From Squalus acanthias (Eukaryota), in contig JASTWF010000033.1 in assembly GCA_030390025.1 (NCBI GenBank), positions 2,172,001-2,236,000 on the forward strand: a stretch of DNA of 64,000 nt, read 5' to 3'. Position 1 is the stretch's first letter. Each line of letters begins with the position of its first letter. A program made the translations under genes and the position numbers. Shown piece by piece: positions 49,367 through 61,900 of this stretch. Below the pieces are notes generated by a model. It was not told the origin of the DNA, did no database searches, and worked only from the letters and a program-made list of their open reading frames with translations.

Positions 49367-49984
49367 CTGTAAGAGAGAGAAGGGGAATGAGACAGGAAAT
49401 TACTGATCAGTCTCGACAGGGCATTCTACACACCTGAGGATAAAAACTATTTATTTAAGTGTAGGGATATTCCATTGTTCTACCCCGAGTCCATAAACCT
49501 GCACTGAGTGGCAGGGTCATTGCACAGGGATCAGAAGCGACAATCTGGGAGGATGTCTCCTTCCCATCCCAGAGCCGTGAGGCTTCCTGTCCCATTCCCA
49601 GCCGCTGCCCGAGGCGATGGACAGGAACTTGTACGAAATTCAAATCGTTCTGGCTGCATCCGAAGACGGAAATTGTCCTTCCTGCAAGTGACAGCAGAGT
49701 TAAGTAATTTTAATATATAAATCTATTACTGTTTGTTCACTGGATGAACAAAAATCCATCAAATGAAACATAATAAGGGTGACAGAAGTTTTAGCGGGAA
49801 TGGGGAGTGAATAAACAAGCAGTAAATTAGAAATGGGGTTCACGGAATGTACCACCGGGGCAAGATGGAGGGAAACTGTCCGGCCTATGATTTCATGATT
49901 ATCTGGCAGGTGAGATCCCATCCACAGTGAGTTTCAGAGTAGCATGATGTTCGCTGATATTGTGAACGGTTCCCACTACTTAGG

Positions 49985-51445
49985 TGCTGTCCCCGCCTTC
50001 ATATCTCCTTTCATCAGCTCTCTCCTCAAAAAACCTACGCTTGATCCCTTGGTCCTTGCAAACTACCGTCCCATCTCCAATCTCCCTTCATCCCTTGCAA
50101 TGTCATTAAACGTTTTGTCCAATCCCTGCCCATGTTTCCCACAATTCCATGTTTGAATCTCTTCCAAACAGTTTTCACAGGAATAGCCCTTATCAAATTT
50201 GTCACGGTGACCTTGATACTCTATCCCTCCTCATCCTTCTCGATATATCTTCAGCCTTCGACAAAACTGACTGCACCGTTCTCCTCGAATGCCTACCCTA
50301 CGTCCTCCACCTGGATTGAACTTCCCCAGCTTGGTACATTCTTAACTCCCTAATCGTAGCCAGAGAATCACCTGCAATTGCTTCTCTTCCCTATCTGGAG
50401 TCCCGCAAGCAGTAATACATGGCCCATTCTTACTTCTCACCTACATGCTCCCTCTCGATGATATCACCCGAAAACACAACATCAGGTACCATACGTATGT
50501 TGGCGAAATTCAACTCTCCCTCACCACCACCTCTCTCGAACCCTCCACTGTCTCTGATTTGTCACACTTCTTGCCCGACATCCAATATTAGATGAGCAGC
50601 AATTTTCTCTAACTAAATATTGGGAAGACTGAAGCTCTTGGTCCCCGGTACAAACTCCGTTCCCTGATCAATGTTTCCATCCCGGGCAACTGTCTTCGGC
50701 TATGCCAGACCGTTCGACACCTTGGCGTTGTGTTTGACCCCGAGACAAGTTTCTGTCGAATATCCGCATAATCACTAAGACAGCCTACTTCCACCTCCGT
50801 AACATCGCTCGACTCCGATCCTGCCTCAGATCATCTGCTGCTGAAACCCTCATCCATGGTTTTGTTCCCGCTAGACTTGACTATTCCCATGCTCTCCTCT
50901 CTGTTCTCCCACATTCTAACCTACATAAAGTTGTGCTCATCCAAAGCTCTGCTGCCGGTATCTTAACTCGCTCCAAATCGCATTCAACCATAACCCCTGT
51001 GCTCGCTGGCCTTCACTGCCTCCCGGGCTAACAATGCCTCAATTTTATAATCTTCATCCCTGTTTATAAATATCTCAATATCCTCGCCCCTCCCTATATC
51101 TGTAAACTCCTCCAGCCCTGCGAGTCTCTGAGATATCTGAACTTGTTCAATTGTGGTCTCTTGTGCATCCTCGATTTTAATCGCTCCACCATTGAAGGCT
51201 GTGTTTTTCGCTGCCTTGGCCCTAAGCTCTGGAATTCCCTCCCTTAACCTCTCCGCCTCTCTACCTCTCGTTCATCTGTTAAGATGCTGCTTAAAGCCTA
51301 CCTCTTTGATCAAGCTTTTAGTAATCTGCCCTGATATCTCCTGTGGCTCGGAGCCAAAATATATATTTTTTGCTCTTGCTCTTGTTAAACACCTTGAGAC
51401 GTTTTATGATGTTAAATGCTCTTTATAAATGTACGTTGTTGTTGT
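49985..51445 (+). mobile_element. L2-clade LINE, degenerate RT and 3' end
   Basis: LLKKPTLDPLVLANYRPISNLP, followed by gctagacttgactattcc and ctctggaattccctc remnants. Tail ataaatgtacgttgttgttg. Confidence 0.88.
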
Positions 51446-52040
51446 TTGCTGAACACCTCTGTTCAGTCGGCAGGCAGCAGCTTGAGCTTCCGGTCGCTTG
51501 CCATTTTAATTCTCTGGCCCACTCCCGCTCTGACCTCTCTGTCCTCGGCCTCCTACACTGCTCTAATGAAGCTCAACGGAAACTCGAGGAACTGCATCTC
51601 CTCTTTGGATCAGGCACTTTGCAACCTTCCGGACTCAACACCGAGTTCAACAATTTCAGGTCCGAACCACTGCTCCCATTTTATCGGGCAGCAGGTGCTG
51701 TAATGATTCTGCTGTTGCCATTTACAGCTTCTCTCGAAGCATCTTAGGTTTCTTCACGTGTCCCATTACCTCACACTTTTCCCGTTTAGTATCAGTTCTC
51801 TTGTTATTTAATCTCTCCTGCCTCCCATCCCATCACAGGCATCTCCATTGGTTCTTTCCTCCCTCCTCCCCTTTCCCTGCTTCTGTACTTGCTTAAAACC
51901 TTTCAATTCGGTATCTTTTTCCAGCTTCTAACGAAAGGCCGCTGATATGAAACGTTAACTCTGTTTCTCTCTCCACAGGTACTACCTCATCTGCTGAGTG
52001 TTTGCAGCGTGTTCAGTTTATGTTTCAAATTATCAGCATC
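51446..52040 (+). mobile_element. Penelope-like element 3' fragment (GIY-YIG C-terminus and 3' region with a degenerate hammerhead motif at ~51925-51960)
   Basis: FAEHLCSV...PVACHFNS...QRKLEELHLLF...GTLQPSGLNTEF. Downstream ctaacgaaaggccgctgatatgaaacgttaac. Confidence 0.85.
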
Positions 52041-52511
52041 CGCAGTATTTCGCTTTTGGGGAGCAATATAAATGGAAATCAGGAGCTGAGCAGAGTCCTC
52101 ATAGAAAGGCTCAGCTGTTCTGGGAGTTAGGTTTAGAATTAACCAGTGAATGAGGATTCAGAGCCAGGAGAGGCGATCGAGATCTGAGAAGAGAAGAACG
52201 GAACACACTAACAATAATTGGATCAATGCATCAAACAATATGAATACCCGTTAAGCACACTCATCAGTTCAGTGATACAAACCATTTATTGAAAGAGCCT
52301 ATTTATTGAAGAAGACAATTGTCTACAGTCCAAGTGCAGAATGTAAAAAATATCCCCTTTGAACCATGGGATAGAAATTTATAGACAACCCAGGATCAGT
52401 TACTGTAGTGGAAGCGGCAACAAATATAGATCCTATATGGAATAATCTGGCCTTAAAATGCATGTTCATGGCCTGGAAATTGTAGGAATAAAAGTGGGAG
52501 AAGAGGATAAG

Positions 52512-52830
52512 ACAACAACAACAACAACTTTTATTTATACATCACATTTAACGTAGTAAAATGTCCCAAGGCGCTTCACAGTTGTGTTATATAACCACAT
52601 TTGGCATCGAGCCACATAAGGAGAAATTAGGGGAGATGACCAAAAGCTTTGTCAAAGAGGTAGGTTTTAAGGAGCATCTCAAAGGAGGAAAGAGAGGTAG
52701 AGTGGTGGAGAGGTTTAGGGAGTGAATCACGGAGCTTAAGGCCTAGGCAGCTGAAGGCACGGCCACTAATGGTTGAGCGATTAAAATCAGCGATGCTCAC
52801 GAGGCCAGAATTAGAGGTCGCGGATTTCTC
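52512..52830 (-). mobile_element. L2 3' end; the element continues at 54886-55412 after a nested CR1
   Basis: (CAA)n tail on the plus strand, then the reverse complement of L2 3' sequence like 51180-51440. Confidence 0.85.
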
Positions 52831-52832
52831 CC

Positions 52833-54885
52833 AGAATCACAGAATCATAGAAATTTACAGCACAGAAGGAGGCCATTCGACCCATCGTGTCTGTGTCGGC
52901 CGAAAAAGAGCTCTCCAGCTCTTGGTCCCGAGCCCTGTATGTTACTGCACTTCAAGTGCATATCCAAGTACTTTTTTAAATATGATGAGTGTTTCTGCCT
53001 CTACCACCCTCTCAGGTACTGAGTTCCAGAGCCCCTCCACCCTCTGGGTGAAATATTTCTCCTCAGCTCCCCTCTAATCCTTCTACCAATGACAATAAAT
53101 CTATGCCCTCTGGTAACTGAACATTCTTCCAGCGGAAATGGGTACTTCCTAACGAGTCTATCTAGGCCCATCCTAATTTTATACACCTCAATCACGTCTT
53201 TCCTCTGCCTCCTCCGTTCCAGAGAAAACAACGCCAGCCTATCCAATCTTTCCTCAGAACCAAAATTCGCCAATCCTGGCAAAATACTCGAAAATCTCCT
53301 CTGAATCCTCTCCAGTGCAATCACATCTTTCCTTTAATGTGGTGACCAGAACTGTACACAGTTTTCTACCTGTGGCCTAACTTGTGTTTCATGCAGTTCA
53401 TGCATAACGTCACTCATCTTATATTCGATGCTTCGGCTAATAAATGAAGGTATCCCGTATGCCTTCTTAACCACATTATCCACCTGTCCTTCTCCCTTCA
53501 GGGATCTGTGGACATGCACTCCAAGCTCTCTCTGTTCGTCTACATTTGTCAGTATCCTACCATTTATTGTGTACTCCCTTGCCTTCTTAGCCCTCCCCAA
53601 GTGCATTACCTCATCCTTCTCCGGATTGAACTCCATTTGCCCTTTTTGTACCCACCTGACCAGCCCATTGATGCCTTTCTGCAGTCTGCAGCTTTCTTCC
53701 TCTTTCTCAGCAACACCGCCAATTTTTTTTATCATCTGGAAACTCCTTAAACATGCTCCCAACATTGAAGTCTAAATCATTGATGTAAACCAGAAAAAGC
53801 AAGGAACCAAGTACTGAGCTTTGCGGAACCTCACTGGAAACAGCTTTCCAGTCGCAAACACATCCATCGACCATTACCCTTTGCTCAACCATTGGTGTCC
53901 GTGCCTTCTGTTGACTGGGCCCGAAGCTCTGTTAATCCCTCACTAAACCATGCCGCCTCTCTACCTCTCTTTCCTCCTTTAAGACGCTCTTTAGAAACAA
54001 CCTCTTTGAATAAGTTTTCGGTCATCAGCCTTAATTTGTCCTTATATGGCTTGGTATCAAATGTTTTCTTACAATACTCTTGTGAAGCGTCTTCGGACGT
54101 TTTACTAAGTTAAAGGCGCGATATACACGCTGTTCTTCTGTATGTTGTTTTTGTTCCTGTCACTAAGTCAATTTTGGATCCAACTTGCCAATTTCCCTTG
54201 GATCACATGGGCGTTTACTTTTCTGACCAATTTGCCATGTGCGACCTGTAAAAAACCTTGCTAAATTCCATGTAGACTTATTCAAACGCACTACCCTCAT
54301 CAATCCTCCTTGTTACCTCCTCAAAAATTTCAATCACGTTAGTCAGACACGACCTTCCCTTAACAAATCCGTGCTATCTGTCCTTGATTAATCCGTGCCT
54401 TTCTAAATGACGATTAATACTATCTCCCAGAATTCTTTCCAACAATTTGCACACCACCGAGGTTAGGCTGACTGATCTCTAATTACTCGGTCCATCCTTT
54501 TCTCCCTTTTTAGCAACGGTGCATCTTTAGCATCCTCCAGTCCTCCGGCACCAAACCTGTAGCCAGAGAGGATCGAAAAATAATGGCCAGAGACTCCGCT
54601 ATTTCCTCATTTGCTTCTCTTATCAGCCGGGGATACATTTATTCTGGTCCTTGCCATTTATCTACTTTCCAAGATGCTAAGACCCTTAATAATTCCTCTC
54701 TCACAATATTTATCACATCGAAGATGTGACACACATTCTCGTTTTCTACAATGTCTTCATTGCCCATCACTTTTGTGAAGACAGACGCAATTTTTTCATG
54801 AAGAACCAAACCCACATCTTCCACTTCCACACGCAGGTATCCTTTTTGGTCTCTAATAGGCACTACTCATTCTTTAGTTATCCTC
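52833..54885 (-). mobile_element. Degenerate CR1 ORF2 and 3' tail, itself interrupted by an L2 3' fragment (+) at ~53890-54150
   Basis: EVPQSSVLGSLLFLVYINDLD, EVMHLGR, ENCVQFWSPH, LFSLERRR motifs. Tail agaatcacagaatcatagaa. Confidence 0.9.
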
Positions 54886-55412
54886 TTGGGGGTTTGTGGG
54901 GATGGAGGAGATTACAGGGACAGGAAGGGGCGAGGGATTTGAAAACAAGGTTGAGAATTTTAAAATCGAGGCTTTGCTTAACCGGGAAGCAATGTAGGTC
55001 AGCAAGCACAGGGGTGATGGGTGAACGGGACTTGGTGCGAGGCAGGACGCGGGCAGTCGAGTTTTGGATGAGCTGAAGTTTTCGTAGGGTGGAACGTGGG
55101 GGGCCAGCCAGGTTTTACGTTGGAATAGACAAGTCTGCAGGTAACAATGACATGGGTGAGGGTTTCAGCAGCAGGTGAGCTGAGGCAGGGGCAGAGACGG
55201 GTGATGTTACGGACGTGGAAATAGGCGGTCTTACTTTTCCAGCGGATATGTGGTCGGAAGCTCATTTCAGGGTCAATTGTGACAAGTTTGTGTACAGTCT
55301 GGTTTAGCCTCAGGCAGATGCTAGGTAGAGGGATGGAGTCGATGGCTAGGGAGCGGAGTTTGAGGCGGGGTCGGAGACAATGGTTTCGATCTTCCCAATA
55401 TTTAATTGGAGG
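54886..55412 (-). mobile_element. L2 RT 3' region
   Basis: TAYFHVRNITRLCPCLSSPAAETLTHVIVTCRLVYSN, typical of L2 ORF2. Confidence 0.88.
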
Positions 55413-55469
55413 AAACAACGAAACTTTAATTTTTCAGATTATCTACAAATATAACAACATTATTTGATC

Positions 55470-55700
55470 GCCCAGAGTATGTGACTAATGTACCTTTGGT
55501 ACACCTGATTATTACCTGTCAGTATATCAGTGTGTTAATGGCTACACAGTGTAGATGAATACTGTGCGAGTGGTACCCCCGATTATTAGCTGTTAGTATA
55601 CCTGTCTGTTTATCATGGCACAGAGTATGTGAATACTTTACGATTGGTAAACTCGATGATCACTTGTTATTCTCTCTGTCTCTTTATGTTGACACGGTGT
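55470..55700. repeat. Diverged ~74-bp tandem repeat, ~3 units
   Basis: cagagtatgtga...ggta...gattatta...tagtata recurs at ~55473, ~55545 and ~55621. Confidence 0.6.
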
Positions 55701-55978
55701 AATAGGGAAGAGCCCAATATCAACGCATTTCAAACTTCACTCTGCCACATTCATTAACCGATATCATTCACGTTGTAACAGAGCATACGATTAAATAAAG
55801 AGTGCTCCAGTAATCACAGCAAGTGAAAGAGAGAGAGAGATCACCGCAGCTGCGACAGATTAGTTAACATACTTGTTATTCAAATGCATTGGTTCGAGGA
55901 CAATTCATTACAACATAATTCAAAAAGAAGTATTTGTGTATTTGAAAATGGATAAAATCTGTATCTTCATATTAAGTA

Positions 55979-58900
55979 CAGTACTTTAATCTAATACAGC
56001 ACTTCAATCTAAAACAGCACTTCAATCTAATACAATAGAAACATAGAATCTAGGAGCAGGAGTAGGCCATTCGGCCCGTCGAGCCTGCTCCACCATTCAA
56101 TACGATCATGGCTGATCATCCAAATCCAGTACCCTGTCGCTGCTTTAATCCCCACAGTACACATATCCCACCCTACCCCCGTAACCCCACGTATTTAATT
56201 CCCCCTAACATATCCCATCCTATCCCCATAACCCCACATATTTATTCCCCCCCTAACACTAAGGGTCAATTTATCATAGCCAAATCAACCTAACCCGCAC
56301 ATTTTTGGACTGTGGGAGGAAACCGGAGCACCCGGAGGAAACCCACGCAGACACGGGGAGAATGTGCAAACTCCACACAGACAGTCACCCGAGGTTAGAT
56401 TCGAACCCGGGTCCACTGGCACTGTGAGGCACCAGTGCTAACCAATATGCCACCGTGTTACCCTTCAATCTAATACAATACTTCAATCTAATACAGCACT
56501 TCAATCTAATACAGCACTTAAACCTAATACAGCACTTCAATCTAAAACAGCACGTAAATCTAATACATTACTTCAATCTAATACAGCACTTCAATCTAAT
56601 ACAGCACTTCAGTCTAATACAGCACTTCAGTCTAATACAGCACTTCAATCTAATACAACACTTCAATCTAATACAGAACTTCAATCTAATAAAGCAATTC
56701 AATCTAATACAGCGCTTCAATCTAATACAACACATCAATCTAATACAACAGTTCAATCTAAAGAAAAACTTCAATCTAATAAAGCGCTTCAATCTAATAG
56801 AGCACATCAATCTAATGCAGCACTTCAGTCTAATACGGCACTTCAATCTAATACAACACTTCAATCTAATAGAGCACTTCAATCTAATACAACACTTCAA
56901 TCTAATACAACACTTCAATCTAATACAGCGCTTCAATCTAATAGAGCACATCAATCTAATGCAGCACTTCAGTCTAATACGGCACTTCAAACTAATACAG
57001 CACTTCAATCTAATACAACACTTCAATCTAATAGAGCACTTCAATCTAATACAGCACTTCAATCTAATACAGCACTTCAATCTAATACAGCACTTCAATC
57101 TAATACAGCACTTCAATCTAATACAGCACTTCAATCTAATACAACACTTCAATCTAATACAACACTTCAATCTAAAAAAAAACTTCAATCTAATACAGCA
57201 CTTCAATCTAAAGAAAAACTTCAATCTAATACAGCACTTCAATCTAATACAGCACTTCAATCTAATACAGCACTTCAATCTAATACAGCACTTCAATCTA
57301 ATAAAGCACTTCAATCTAATACAGCACTTCAATCTAATACAGCACTTCAATCTAATACAGCACTTCAATCTAATACAGCACTTCAATCTAATAGAGCACT
57401 TCAATCTAATACAGCACTTCAATCTAATACAGCACTTCAATCTAATAGAGCACTTCAATCTAATACAGCACTTCAATCTAATACAGCACTTCAATCTAAT
57501 ACAGCACTTCAATCTAATACAGCACTTCAATCTAATACAGCACTTCAATCTAATACAGCACTTCAATCTAATACAGCACTTCAATCTAATACAGCACTTC
57601 AATCTAATACAGCACTTCAATCTAATACAGCACTTCAATCTAATACAGCACTTCAATCTAATACAGCACTTCAATCTAATACAGCACTTCAATCTAATAC
57701 AGCACTTCAATCTAATACAGCACTTCAATCTAATACAGCACTTCAATCTAATACAGCACTTCAATCTAATACAGCACTTCAATCTAATACAGCACTTCAA
57801 TCTAATACAGCACTTCAATCTAATACAGCACTTCAATCTAATACAGCACTTCAATCTAATACAGCACTTCAATCTAATACAGCACTTCAATCTAATACAG
57901 CACTTCAATCTAATACAGCACTTCAATCTAATACAGCACTTCAATCTAATACAGCACTTCAATCTAATACAGCACTTCAATCTAATACAGCACTTCAATC
58001 TAATACAGCACTTCAATCTAATACAGCACTTCAATCTAATACAGCACTTCAATCTAATACAGCACTTCAATCTAATACAGCACTTCAATCTAATACAGCA
58101 CTTCAATCTAATACAGCACTTCAATCTAATACAGCACTTCAATCTAATACAGCACTTCAATCTAATACAGCACTTCAATCTAATACAGCACTTCAATCTA
58201 ATACAGCACTTCAATCTAATACAGCACTTCAATCTAATACAGCACTTCAATCTAATACAGCACTTCAATCTAATACAGCACTTCAATCTAATACAGCACT
58301 TCAATCTAATACAGCACTTCAATCTAATACAGCACTTCAATCTAATACAGCACTTCAATCTAATACAGCACTTCAATCTAATACAGCACTTCAATCTAAT
58401 ACAGCACTTCAATCTAATACAGCACTTCAATCTAATACAGCACTTCAATCTAATACAGCACTTCAATCTAATACAGCACTTCAATCTAATACAGCACTTC
58501 AATCTAATACAGCACTTCAATCTAATACAGCACTTCAATCTAATACAGCACTTCAATCTAATACAGCACTTCAATCTAATACAGCACTTCAATCTAATAC
58601 AGCACTTCAATCTAATACAGCACTTCAATCTAATACAGCACTTCAATCTAATACAGCACTTCAATCTAATACAGCACTTCAATCTAATACAGCACTTCAA
58701 TCTAATACAGCACTTCAATCTAATACAGCACTTCAATCTAATACAGCACTTCAATCTAATACAGCACTTCAATCTAATACAGCACTTCAATCTAATACAG
58801 CACTTCAATCTAATACAGCACTTCAATCTAATACAGCACTTCAATCTAATACAGCACTTCAATCTAATACAGCACTTCAATCTAATACAGCACTTCAATC

Positions 58901-61900
58901 TAATACAGCACTTCAATCTAATACAGCACTTCAATCTAATACAGCACTTCAATCTAATACAGCACTTCAATCTAATACAGCACTTCAATCTAATACAGCA
59001 CTTCAATCTAATACAGCACTTCAATCTAATACAGCACTTCAATCTAATACAGCACTTCAATCTAATACAGCACTTCAATCTAATACAGCACTTCAATCTA
59101 ATACAGCACTTCAATCTAATACAGCACTTCAATCTAATACAGCACTTCAATCTAATACAGCACTTCAATCTAATACAGCACTTCAATCTAATACAGCACT
59201 TCAATCTAATACAGCACTTCAATCTAATACAGCACTTCAATCTAATACAGCACTTCAATCTAATACAGCACTTCAATCTAATACAGCACTTCAATCTAAT
59301 ACAGCACTTCAATCTAATACAGCACTTCAATCTAATACAGCACTTCAATCTAATACAGCACTTCAATCTAATACAGCACTTCAATCTAATACAGCACTTC
59401 AATCTAATACAGCACTTCAATCTAATACAGCACTTCAATCTAATACAGCACTTCAATCTAATACAGCACTTCAATCTAATACAGCACTTCAATCTAATAC
59501 AGCACTTCAATCTAATACAGCACTTCAATCTAATACAGCACTTCAATCTAATACAGCACTTCAATCTAATACAGCACTTCAATCTAATACAGCACTTCAA
59601 TCTAATACAGCACTTCAATCTAATACAGCACTTCAATCTAATACAGCACTTCAATCTAATACAGCACTTCAATCTAATACAGCACTTCAATCTAATACAG
59701 CACTTCAATCTAATACAGCACTTCAATCTAATACAGCACTTCAATCTAATACAGCACTTCAATCTAATACAGCACTTCAATCTAATACAGCACTTCAATC
59801 TAATACAGCACTTCAATCTAATACAGCACTTCAATCTAATACAGCACTTCAATCTAATACAGCACTTCAATCTAATACAGCACTTCAATCTAATACAGCA
59901 CTTCAATCTAATACAGCACTTCAATCTAATACAGCACTTCAATCTAATACAGCACTTCAATCTAATACAGCACTTCAATCTAATACAGCACTTCAATCTA
60001 ATACAGCACTTCAATCTAATACAGCACTTCAATCTAATACAGCACTTCAATCTAATACAGCACTTCAATCTAATACAGCACTTCAATCTAATACAGCACT
60101 TCAATCTAATACAGCACTTCAATCTAATACAGCACTTCAATCTAATACAGCACTTCAATCTAATACAGCACTTCAATCTAATACAGCACTTCAATCTAAT
60201 ACAGCACTTCAATCTAATACAGCACTTCAATCTAATACAGCACTTCAATCTAATACAGCACTTCAATCTAATACAGCACTTCAATCTAATACAGCACTTC
60301 AATCTAATACAGCACTTCAATCTAATACAGCACTTCAATCTAATACAGCACTTCAATCTAATACAGCACTTCAATCTAATACAGCACTTCAATCTAATAC
60401 AGCACTTCAATCTAATACAGCACTTCAATCTAATACAGCACTTCAATCTAATACAGCACTTCAATCTAATACAGCACTTCAATCTAATACAGCACTTCAA
60501 TCTAATACAGCACTTCAATCTAATACAGCACTTCAATCTAATACAGCACTTCAATCTAATACAGCACTTCAATCTAATACAGCACTTCAATCTAATACAG
60601 CACTTCAATCTAATACAGCACTTCAATCTAATACAGCACTTCAATCTAATACAGCACTTCAATCTAATACAGCACTTCAATCTAATACAGCACTTCAATC
60701 TAATACAGCACTTCAATCTAATACAGCACTTCAATCTAATACAGCACTTCAATCTAATACAGCACTTCAATCTAATACAGCACTTCAATCTAATACAGCA
60801 CTTCAATCTAATACAGCACTTCAATCTAATACAGCACTTCAATCTAATACAGCACTTCAATCTAATACAGCACTTCAATCTAATACAGCACTTCAATCTA
60901 ATACAGCACTTCAATCTAATACAGCACTTCAATCTAATACAGCACTTCAATCTAATACAGCACTTCAATCTAATACAGCACTTCAATCTAATACAGCACT
61001 TCAATCTAATACAGCACTTCAATCTAATACAGCACTTCAATCTAATACAGCACTTCAATCTAATACAGCACTTCAATCTAATACAGCACTTCAATCTAAT
61101 ACAGCACTTCAATCTAATACAGCACTTCAATCTAATACAGCACTTCAATCTAATACAGCACTTCAATCTAATACAGCACTTCAATCTAATACAGCACTTC
61201 AATCTAATACAGCACTTCAATCTAATACAGCACTTCAATCTAATACAGCACTTCAATCTAATACAGCACTTCAATCTAATACAGCACTTCAATCTAATAC
61301 AGCACTTCAATCTAATACAGCACTTCAATCTAATACAGCACTTCAATCTAATACAGCACTTCAATCTAATACAGCACTTCAATCTAATACAGCACTTCAA
61401 TCTAATACAGCACTTCAATCTAATACAGCACTTCAATCTAATACAGCACTTCAATCTAATACAGCACTTCAATCTAATACAGCACTTCAATCTAATACAG
61501 CACTTCAATCTAATACAGCACTTCAATCTAATACAGCACTTCAATCTAATACAGCACTTCAATCTAATACAGCACTTCAATCTAATACAGCACTTCAATC
61601 TAATACAGCACTTCAATCTAATACAGCACTTCAATCTAATACAGCACTTCAATCTAATACAGCACTTCAATCTAATACAGCACTTCAATCTAATACAGCA
61701 CTTCAATCTAATACAGCACTTCAATCTAATACAGCACTTCAATCTAATACAGCACTTCAATCTAATACAGCACTTCAATCTAATACAGCACTTCAATCTA
61801 ATACAGCACTTCAATCTAATACAGCACTTCAATCTAATACAGCACTTCAATCTAATACAGCACTTCAATCTAATACAGCACTTCAATCTAATACAGCACT

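Noticed and set aside
52370..52480. Candidate first exon of the GPCR (minus-strand ATG near 52468)
   Set aside because: The peptide does not resemble the expected TM1 N-terminal half, and there is no convincing phase-1 donor.
56395..56460. tRNA gene
   Set aside because: A and B boxes are present but form the head of a V-SINE. No complete cloverleaf or terminator was seen.
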